Of a stretch of DNA of 64,000 nucleotides, positions 55,508 through 64,000 are shown in pieces (the stretch's first letter is position 1; every line of letters begins with the position of its first letter). The notes below the pieces were generated by a model. It searched no databases. It saw only the letters and a list, made by a program, of their open reading frames with translations, and had not been told where the DNA came from. This stretch comes from Amoebophrya sp. A120 (lineage: Eukaryota > Protista > Dinoflagellata), in NCBI GenBank assembly GCA_905178155.1, contig CAJINV010000003.1:9865979-9929978 (forward strand). The letters are read 5' to 3'. The translations under genes were made by a program, and so were the position numbers.

Positions 55508-58500
55508 GCGAGTTGAGCGGCCCATCGTAACAGCGCCTCCTCTCTTTCGGCCTCCGGTGGAATCCACGCGTGGCAGTCGGCCGCCGGCAGTCCAAGTTCA
55601 ACGACTCGTAGGAGTTCTTCGTACAGGTGCAATCCGATGCGGAGTTGGTTGCACAGGTACTCAGTGTACCAAGTATCGTCGATGTCGTTGCCATTCCACC
55701 ACCCCGCCTCCTCAGCCCGGACGGCCGCCTGAAACCTGGGGTGCATTGAGTCCGGTATTTTGGTTCCATCACAGGGCCGCCGTTCCCGCGTCATGCCTTG
55801 CAGCCCGACAATGTGCTGGATCTTGCTCGGTTCCTCGGTCGACTCCTTGGGGTGGTCAGCACGCGTTTCCTCCGCCTCGACGACCGAGTCCGCGTCAACG
55901 GTTTGCACGGCTGCCGACGTCGTTGTCTTGCTTTCCACGGCCGCTGGTCCCGAGTCCGCATCCGCAGTCGAGTTCATCGTCGTCCCAACCGAGTCGTCAG
56001 CGCCGCCCTGAGGTTCCGCATTGCGTGGTGGAAATAACTGCAATTCGTCATCCGTGATAGCCAAGGCCGCCTGGAGCGGGGCGATGCTTTCTCGATGCGG
56101 CAGGATCGTAAACGTCTCTCCCTCTTCCTTGCGATACTTCAGATAATTGATCAGCGGCCGGATGATGTAACGAACGTCCATCGGGACGCTACTGTTGTAC
56201 GTGAACTGCCGCCCGAGCTCCGGCCGCACTGTGTCGTCGACGAGGCACAGCCGGTTTAACACCGTTTCACAGTACTCCTGGTCAGCCTTCACCAGCGGCG
56301 ACGGCGGCGTGACCGTACTCCCGTTGTTCCCGACCACTCGCTGGAGTGCGTCTTCGGCGTAAAAGCCCTGTGCAAATGCGGCTGTGGCATAGCCAAGGGC
56401 TGACAGCATGTTCCCGGCAAGCTCCAACGGTAGAGCGGTAATGCCCATCATCCGCACAGGTTGCGCTTGCTCATCCGGTTTGGCCGCAGGGTCAGGAGTG
56501 GGGTCAAACTTGATCTCATATACCTTGCTGCGCTCATGGAGCTGGGTAGCGATGTTGGGCAAGTGCGCGAGAAGCCGCACGCTGAGCGGATCCGTGGCTT
56601 TCTCGTTGTCGTAGTCTTTTCCCAGATCGTGTGGATAAGACGCCCCCGACGGCAACGTGGGTGTGACGTCTGCGACCGTGATATAGCACTTGGCGGCGGG
56701 GAAGTACTTGCGGATCGAACCGCTCGTCGGCGGCATCAACGCGAGCTGGTTCAGAAAGCAGAGATCTCCCTCGATGATGTTTCCCCGCGTGTTCCCGCTG
56801 GTGCGCGACATGTACTCGGTCTTGTCCCCCAGACCGTATGATGTTCCGTTGTACGGCAGATTCCCCTGGTCGACGTTGTGGACAAAATGCTGCGCCAGTT
56901 TGCCTGCTTTCGTGTAGTAGAAGGGCTGGTAGTCACAGTAGCCGTCCTGCTCCGTGCCGACCGTCATCGACGTGGTGGCCCGCCACACGTGGACCATACT
57001 TTTTACAGGCGTGAGCACTTCAGCGAACCGCCGGCACGCGTCATTCAGCCGTTCTCGCAACTTGTCATGCAGTAGCGCATCTCCGACTTTCCCACCGGCG
57101 AGGAACACCGAGTTGAAAAACGTTCCGGTGTCAACGAGTCGTAGCCGGTGTCGGGGTTGGGTGCGGTATTCTTGTAAGAGCGTGCACATTTGCCCGCCCG
57201 TCAAGTCGGCCTCTTCGGGAATCGTGATGATCCACCGCCAATCCGCCATACAGTCCTCCTCCGTGGGATGGGCCTCGCGTGGCACAAACCTGGACCCCTT
57301 GGTGGCTTTCTTTGGCGACCCGCTCTCGGCGGCGTCAGCGCCGACTTCCCCGATGGTTCCGCAGTCCTCGGTCCAGAGTGCGATTTTGCGTACCACCCCG
57401 CTACACGGCTGCAGATGCGGCGGCAGCTCCTTGACGAGCATGCTCAGCACTCGACTCTTGAAGACCCGCTGCAGGAAATCGCGTTGCGTGCAGGCGGTCT
57501 TGTTCGCGTAGCCGCGCTCGCACATCTGCTGTTCATTGTTCACGTCGAGGTCGGTGGCCCACTGACCCTCTCGCCAGAACTCGGACAGGAACTCGTCGTC
57601 GTGCTCCGTGCAGCCAAGTCGCCACTCGTCGTCGTCCCCGGCCGCAAACCGTCTGGGTTGTTTTGAAAAATTTTCAACCCCCTCAGCCTGGGGAGTTGGC
57701 ATGTTGATGCACCACGTGGATGGAGATGTGAACCCTAGTCCATAATCGATGATAGCTGATTCGATGCCGGACAGCCTGGGAATGCTGCGCTCCTCCGTTG
57801 TGTAGTTGACGTCGATGAAGATGTTTTCGGCGATGGAGCGCGGACGATCCTCTTTGATACTGTGCTGGCAGACTCGCAGACCAACCTCCCTCAGGAAAGA
57901 AGTGTTGGCCAATTCCACGTCGGGGACTAGTTCGAGACAGCGGCCTCGGAGGAGTACAACAAGGCACAGATCGACAGGCTCCGATCTGCGCTGGCGTCCA
58001 AGGTCTGGATCAGCAGCAAAATCAGAATAACACTGTTGTTGCGGCTCCCGGTACTCGGGCGGGTTGATGTAGCCGAGTAATTCGAACTCGTTGCGCACGA
58101 CGGTTTGCAAGAAGCGTCGGGCCAGCGCCGCGACGGACGGCGGTGCCTCGTCTAGCGGGTCAAGCGGAGGGTCAAAGTAGATGAACTCCCGCACACAGCC
58201 GGGGCACGTCATTCGGAGTTGGTCGTCGGTTGCGTGCGCGCGACATGTTGGACACGGGGTAATGTTCGCTACGGCAGACAAACCGTACGGAATTTCGAAC
58301 TCCCATGGCCGTGGAATGCTGATGCGATTGCCGCCGTTTGCGTGTCGTTTCTCGGGAACGAGCATCAGGTGGACTCGCAGAGGCGTAGTCGGGGTCTGCT
58401 CGTAATGCGGAATGCCCAGTGCTCGGGCACATTGCTGCAAGCTGGCCACACTGCGTCGCGTTTCCAGCGGCAGGCTGCGCACGTTTTCACGTATACGCAT

Positions 58501-59985
58501 GAGTGACCGTAACTCCAGTTCGGCGCTCTCGTCACGCGGAGCCACAGAGTGTTCGAGTGCAAGAACAGCAGGCTCGAACTCGAAGAACTTGGGATCATAG
58601 TGTGGTTGATCGTCCGGCTCGCCTGGTGGAGCCGGCTCCGGCGGTAGCCCGACTGGCTGTTGGAGATCCGCAAGTCTGCGGTCGCGCTTTGCCTCCTCGC
58701 GGTCCGTGGTGAGTTCTTCTACGCATGCATGCGTGTGCAGAACATTGGGGGTGGCCTTCTCGGATGGGATGACGTGAGCGCCCGCGTACTTGAGGCTGTC
58801 GACGGGCTCGCCGTAATACAGATTGCGCTGCCGACGCACGAATGTTTTGTCTCCGAGAAAGATGTCCGCGGTCAGCAGCTCGTCCGCTGGAAATGAATGC
58901 CGTGTTTTGACCATCTGCTGGAAACGAAACCGCGTCAACACCGGATCCGCGCCCGAAAAGATGTTGATGACCTGCCGAGCCATGCTTGGGGAGCGATCCT
59001 GACACGCTTTGCACCCAGTCACGAGATTGTGAGTACGGCGGGGATGCGGCAAACCAGCCGACTTCGTGAGAAGCGTTGCCACGCGTTTCAGTGCAGTCTC
59101 GAACACGTTAGTTCGCAGCTCGGGGCGATCCGAATTGAACTGGATTGGCACAACGTAGCACCGGTCGTTGTCCTCTGGCGTTTCCTCCTTTGGGGCCAGC
59201 TGGGGCGCGCAGCATACGTAGAACGTACTGGTGGCGGTTCCCTGCCAGTCAAACTTGAATTCTGCGGAAGCGATATACAGTGCGACTGGGTATGACGTCG
59301 TGACGTGTAGCGTGCCTACATGCGTCGCTCCGTGAATCGACGAAGCGGACGCCCCGCACTCAAATCGACTGGGAATGGCCATCGCACTGGGTCGATGCAC
59401 GTCGAGTTTGGTGCCCATCATGTACGCATCTACCCGCTTGACGATAGCAGACTCCGCCATGTCAGCTTCGAGTTCGGCGGCCGACTTGGATCGTTTGTGC
59501 TCCGCCGTTTTTTGCGGCAGTCCGGTTTGCCTTGACTTGAACACCGTCGTCAACTGCGTAATGTCGTCTAGGTCGTTCAGCTGCATGACTACGCTCTCGT
59601 CGCGGTGCAGCGCACGCGCCAGTAGACTGTCGGAGTCCTTGCATGAATCGTACCACGACTGGGAGATTAGTATCACGAGCAATTCCTCCGGCCGACTGAA
59701 AAGGGAGGTGGCTCGCTCTCGATGAACGAACCCTGTGTCGCGACTCGCGGCCATCGTGGCAAAGACAATGCGGGCGTCTTGGCCTTGGAACTCGTCCACC
59801 GTACTGCTCTGCCGCACCGTCTTGAGGTTAGACGTTAGTTCTGCTTTCTGCAGCTTGTACGGAGTCAGCGCCACCACGTCGTCCACGTGTTCGTCAATGT
59901 GGTCAGCTCGCCTGGTCTGCAGAAAGTCAATTATCTTGCCGGCGGCCTCCACTTCGTTCCTTGTAGTGCACGTGGTTACTGTTCT
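55508..59985 (-). CDS. Polyprotein segment: SF1 helicase RecA2 domain, possible degenerate exonuclease, aspartic-protease-like motif
   Basis: NEVEA, VVALTPYKLQ, STVDEFQGQD, RATSLFSRP (Upf1-like motifs IV-VI). LVDTG at 57124-57138 and NIIEGDLCFL. Confidence 0.8.
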
Positions 59986-61834
59986 CTAGTTTCGGCACAG
60001 GGATCACCACCACTGGGCTGTCGTAGTGCTGGAAGGAGTTTCTCGGACCCCGATTCTGCAGCTTGTGGTCGTGCGCCTCGTTGAACAAAGCCACGTGCCC
60101 GTCGCAGGACCGGTGCACGGAAACCAGCATCACGTCGACCGGTCGCTCCGTGCTTGTGGCCTGCGCGACCCCGTAGCCTCTGGCTTTCTCAAACGGTGGT
60201 AGTTGGTTCTTGTCCCCCTGTTGACTTGACAATGCCCCAGTCTTGTTCAGCTTGGCGATGGCAATGTTGTACTCGAGTTCGCACAATTTCCAGGCCTCGT
60301 CGATGATCTGCCGCACGATCGAGACCCGCTCGGGGATACTGGCTGCTGAGTTCGCGGTGGAGAAGATGACGTCCGCGCAGCATGAAATGATGACTATGGC
60401 CATGACGATCAGGATCGAGCGTGTCTTGCGCAGCGACGCGAGCATCTCTTGCTCCGACCGGCTGGACCCAGTTTTCTGCTGTGACTTGATTTGCGCCCGT
60501 AGCTCCGCAGTGGCTTTGTCGATCTTGTTGATGGAGCCGAAACACGACCAGGGCATGACTTTTCCGAGGTACTTGATCTGCTGATTGATCTCCGCATTCA
60601 CCGCTGCCCCTCCTCCAGCCAGCGCCTGCCGTACGGATGCAATCCACGTCAACGCGAGCAGCCGAGCGTCGATCCGGAGTATGAGGTCGATGATCGGCGC
60701 GTTGCCTCCAGCGCACATGTGCGTCCGCTCGAACTCGCGTTCACAGTTGCGGACTGCGAGCGCCTGCATTGTCGTGACAGCCGTGATCGCCGTGGTTTTG
60801 CCGGCTCCAGGCGGTCCGGTGATGCGGGGCAACGGAAACTCATCTTCCTTAACTCTTTGTAACATCAAGGCGGCTGCAATGCGTTGCTCCTTGTTCAGCG
60901 TCGCAAGGGGTTTCTTGGTGGCGTCAGACAGACTCTCCAACTGCTCGACCGCTACGGAGACGTTCTCATGGCCGGTACCTGCAAGGTGGTACGGCAATAC
61001 AGGGTGTTGCAGAAGCTTGGTCAGCGCTTCTACTTGTCGATCGTACATGGTTTCGGGCTCGAGAATTCCCCCTTGCACTTCGTACGTTTTCCCCGTTTCA
61101 TACCCCAGCTCCCTCAATGACTGCAGGAACGGGCACGCGGGCATGCCGGCCCGACTGGGCATCGAGTACACCTTGTGCGTCCCGCCACCATCAAGTGGCA
61201 GTTGAAGAAAAAGTAGCGACCGTCCGAGCTGCGGCGGCACGGCAAGTCCGTTTTTCTTGTTGACCCACACGACGCCGCACGGTTCACCGTCGACTGATTC
61301 GAGCGCGCTGACGCTGATGGACAACGGCGCTATCTCTCGACCGCAATTTTCGTTCCGCGTCGCGTGCCGTTCAATGTAGGACAGTTGCTCCATGTGCTGG
61401 AGGTAGCGACGTGGATCTTGACGAATGAGTGCAGAAGGTCCGAGCTTGATTGGATCTGCAGGAGCTTTGTAGATGGTCGTCTCGACTTGCTCGACGAAAC
61501 CGGCACCGATTTCGTAGGCTCCTCCGAGAAGATTGTCGTGTAATACTGATGCGACGTGTGCGTCCTCGGTGCCTTCGGGCACGTGAAGACTGCAGTGCCC
61601 CACCTCGTCGCTAGAAGTGAGATGTACGCGCACCCAGCCGCTCTCCGGCGCGTCGTCAGGGACGCACGACGGACGACTGACTGCATCAAAATAGATCAGT
61701 TCTTCTTCGATCGTTAAGACTTCTTCGTAGTGTTCGTAATTGTCCCGGCGAGTAGTTTCTTCTGTAAGTATTGCAGTCTTGCTGGTTCGAATGTGACTGC
61801 TCCGCACTACCCTTATAGCCGTGTTGATTCGAAT
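59927..61834 (-). CDS. Polyprotein segment: Upf1-like SF1 helicase RecA1 domain
   Basis: LNKEQ (Q motif), ITGPPGAGKTT, GGNAPI, VIFST, IIDEA, GDKNQLPP, LVSVHRS. Confidence 0.88.
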   Translation of the reverse strand: MRINTAIRVVRSSHIRTSKTAILTEETTRRDNYEHYEEVLTIEEELIYFDAVSRPSCVPDDAPESGWVRVHLTSSDEVGHCSLHVPEGTEDAHVASVLHDNLLGGAYEIGAGFVEQVETTIYKAPADPIKLGPSALIRQDPRRYLQHMEQLSYIERHATRNENCGREIAPLSISVSALESVDGEPCGVVWVNKKNGLAVPPQLGRSLLFLQLPLDGGGTHKVYSMPSRAGMPACPFLQSLRELGYETGKTYEVQGGILEPETMYDRQVEALTKLLQHPVLPYHLAGTGHENVSVAVEQLESLSDATKKPLATLNKEQRIAAALMLQRVKEDEFPLPRITGPPGAGKTTAITAVTTMQALAVRNCEREFERTHMCAGGNAPIIDLILRIDARLLALTWIASVRQALAGGGAAVNAEINQQIKYLGKVMPWSCFGSINKIDKATAELRAQIKSQQKTGSSRSEQEMLASLRKTRSILIVMAIVIISCCADVIFSTANSAASIPERVSIVRQIIDEAWKLCELEYNIAIAKLNKTGALSSQQGDKNQLPPFEKARGYGVAQATSTERPVDVMLVSVHRSCDGHVALFNEAHDHKLQNRGPRNSFQHYDSPVVVIPVPKLENSNHVHYKERSGGRRQDN

Positions 61835-64000
61835 CTACCGTCTTACACACAGTCGCCACTTGTGAGACTGCGTTGCGAACGGAAAATTTGACGCCGGCAG
61901 CTCGGTGTTTTGATGCGACTTGTTCTGGGCACGACTAGATCCCTGCGTGAGCCCGCTGCTCGGCCGCTCATTTGGAGTTGAATTGTAGTTGTTACCGGAA
62001 CTGGAACCAGGACTGGAGTCGTTGCCGTTGCCGGCGGAGCCACCTCCACGCCAGTTGCTGTCGGACTCGGCACGGTTCCCGCCAGACGCGCTCTTGCTGC
62101 CGCCCCCCTGGTTGTTGCTCCAGCCTCCGCTGTTCCACTTGTTGTTGTTGTTGTAGCCCTTCCATTTGGTGTTCTGCTCTTGCTTTGGAGCGACAACTTC
62201 ACGGCTCTTTCCTCCGGCGAAAGTCTCCGGCGAGAGGTGCGATAGCGTGATCTTGTTCTTCTTGCCGGCATCGATCAGTTGCTTCGTCACTTGCGCCTTC
62301 TCCAATGCCCTCGACGGACCGCCGTAGCGGATCGCGCACTTGTCGCACCAGAACGCGCCGCTATCGGCGGTTGCACTCGCGGGGAAGTTCTGCTCATGCG
62401 TGCGCGTGTCCTTATGCGTCTTCTCGATTATTTCATTGAGGGTCGCGCTCTCCAAACCAGCAAAGCGCTGATCGCCCGCCTTGGCACGACTTTGTATGTG
62501 GAGCACTGCTTCCCGTTGCAACGCGTGCCACTCCTGATTCTCCACCGTGTGCTTCACATCCTCCCACCGCAAACCCGCTAATTCGCACGCCCGTTCGCAC
62601 CAGAACTGGACGAGTTCCTTGAGGTTCTTGAAGCCGGAGGCCACGTGTTGGTGAACGCAGTAGATGCCATACGGGCACGCAGAGCAATTTTTCCACTTTG
62701 ATTCTCCATTCCACATCATTGCTCCTAATCCGAGAAAATCGAGGAAACATGCCGCCCAATGATTACGTCCGCGAAAGGTCCCGCGCATCGTCGTAATCGT
62801 AATCACTGCTTCGCCACGCTCATTCAAGCGAAGTTCGTACGCAAACTTGGCTTGTTTCCATTCTTCTTTCACAGTGCCATCGGGGTTTTTGTACGTCATC
62901 GCGCTGCTTGCAACATGCGGATCTTTGGGGAACTCAACCCGGAGTTCGCCGATGCGGCCGTTGCCGTAGTCCACCTGCAGTTCGTACACGGAGCCGGTCA
63001 GACCCTTGGCGCCGAAGGCTGCTTCGTCATCTTTGGAGACCGGAAACGGAGAGCCCGGATTCTCCTTGTTCAGGTACAGCTCCGTGTCGGGGGTGGGCTT
63101 GTTGTGCTCCATGATGTGGTGTGTGCCGGAGGTCTCGAATCCTGGAGCTATGGATTCGCACTGCCCCACCTCGTAGCAGCACGGCGCACCGAACTCCCCC
63201 ACGTAGTCCTCGGCATCATTTCCTTTGGCAGGCGCCGGGGGTGGTGGTCCACCCGGCTTGATGCAGCGCGACTGCGTCACAGTGCCAACCCCACTGGTCA
63301 ACACGATCGAAGCGCCCGCGCCACGCTGTTGACCGTATGGTGCGTGCGGCGGGTCCGTGCTAGCCTCGAGTACACCATCTCCATATTTTCCAGTCGGCGG
63401 CGTCCACTTGTTGCTCCACTTCACGGAGCCACCGTTACCACCCGTGGCACTGCTCTTGGGGTTTTCGGTGGGACTGTTCTTGGTAGACCCCCAGGTCGAC
63501 GGCTTGCCCGGAGAGGGTTTTGGTACGGTGCTTAGTGCGGCTGCCGGCGTTCCACGCTTGCTGCGCAACTCGTCGACTTGATTCATCAACTTTGTTAATT
63601 CCGTTTTACCGGAGTGCGAACGGGCCGAAGGGGGTCCGAGTTGAATGTTACTGGCGATCTGGTAAAAACTGGTATCTGTTTTGCGTTCGATCGTGCCGAT
63701 CATGTCCTCCAGCATTTGTAACGCATCAACTCGACTCTCTTCCCGCTGCATCTGGTCCACTTCGAGGGTCTCGATGATGTTTTGCGAACAGTAGTACGCG
63801 AGTTCCCACCCACGTAGGATGTGCGTTGAGCGGTGAAACCGGAACACCCGCACGCTCTCGTGGCTCTTGTACAACTTCCGGAAGTCCGTGAATCGACGGT
63901 AGAAAGCGTCCAACGTGGTTTGAAACGCTTGCTGCGCGGCTGGGTGCGCCCAGTCGTCCTCGGCCAGACGGCAGAACTTCATGTAGTGGCCGAGCACACT
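61835..64000 (-). CDS. ORF1-like protein of more than 720 aa (open at the window edge): CCCH-type zinc finger, G/S/N-rich low-complexity tail
   Basis: CSACPYGIYCVHQH, WCDKC, NNNNKWNSGGWSNNQGGG..WRGGG. Ends at a TAG in frame with the helicase ORF. Confidence 0.75.
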   Translation of the reverse strand, partial: SVLGHYMKFCRLAEDDWAHPAAQQAFQTTLDAFYRRFTDFRKLYKSHESVRVFRFHRSTHILRGWELAYYCSQNIIETLEVDQMQREESRVDALQMLEDMIGTIERKTDTSFYQIASNIQLGPPSARSHSGKTELTKLMNQVDELRSKRGTPAAALSTVPKPSPGKPSTWGSTKNSPTENPKSSATGGNGGSVKWSNKWTPPTGKYGDGVLEASTDPPHAPYGQQRGAGASIVLTSGVGTVTQSRCIKPGGPPPPAPAKGNDAEDYVGEFGAPCCYEVGQCESIAPGFETSGTHHIMEHNKPTPDTELYLNKENPGSPFPVSKDDEAAFGAKGLTGSVYELQVDYGNGRIGELRVEFPKDPHVASSAMTYKNPDGTVKEEWKQAKFAYELRLNERGEAVITITTMRGTFRGRNHWAACFLDFLGLGAMMWNGESKWKNCSACPYGIYCVHQHVASGFKNLKELVQFWCERACELAGLRWEDVKHTVENQEWHALQREAVLHIQSRAKAGDQRFAGLESATLNEIIEKTHKDTRTHEQNFPASATADSGAFWCDKCAIRYGGPSRALEKAQVTKQLIDAGKKNKITLSHLSPETFAGGKSREVVAPKQEQNTKWKGYNNNNKWNSGGWSNNQGGGSKSASGGNRAESDSNWRGGGSAGNGNDSSPGSSSGNNYNSTPNERPSSGLTQGSSRAQNKSHQNTELPASNFPFATQSHKWRLCVRR

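Noticed and set aside
53188-64000. Calling the polyprotein an endogenous nidovirus or the host UPF1 gene
   Set aside because: There is no RdRp or nidoviral zinc-binding domain before the helicase, no UPF1 CH domain, and the motifs are too divergent. The extra domains do not fit either.

Overview
This is eukaryotic, repeat-rich DNA. It is most consistent with an alveolate or dinoflagellate such as Amoebophrya, an inference from all recognisable genes lying on the minus strand and from introns bounded by inverted and direct repeats. Host genes: a two-exon F-box/WD40 gene (7946-3251) and a two-exon ankyrin gene (11908-10371), each split by a non-GT-AG intron with degenerate terminal inverted repeats; a Y_phosphatase3-like gene of at least three exons whose P-loop lacks the catalytic Arg (25816 to about 21210); and a 569-aa ORF of unknown function. 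Mobile DNA: a full-length but frameshifted Ty1/Copia element (26761-34321, 471-bp LTRs); a gag-only LTR element with a RanBP2 zinc finger (43946 to beyond 47800); an N gap; a hairpin-rich 1961-bp tandem array (48623-53187); a foldback MITE/introner (54661-55507); and many degenerate GC- and homopolymer-rich blocks. Both LTR elements have a half-tRNAiMet primer site and apparently non-TG..CA ends. The most striking object is at 53188-64000: four minus-strand ORFs that reconstruct into one polyprotein of about 3300 aa, open at the window edge. Its order is CCCH/low-complexity ORF1, a single in-frame TAG, Upf1-like SF1 helicase, possible degenerate DEDD exonuclease, DTG aspartic-protease motif, DUF4326, NADAR. 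It is a candidate undescribed giant retroelement or virus-like element. All domain calls are by eye; no database searches were run.
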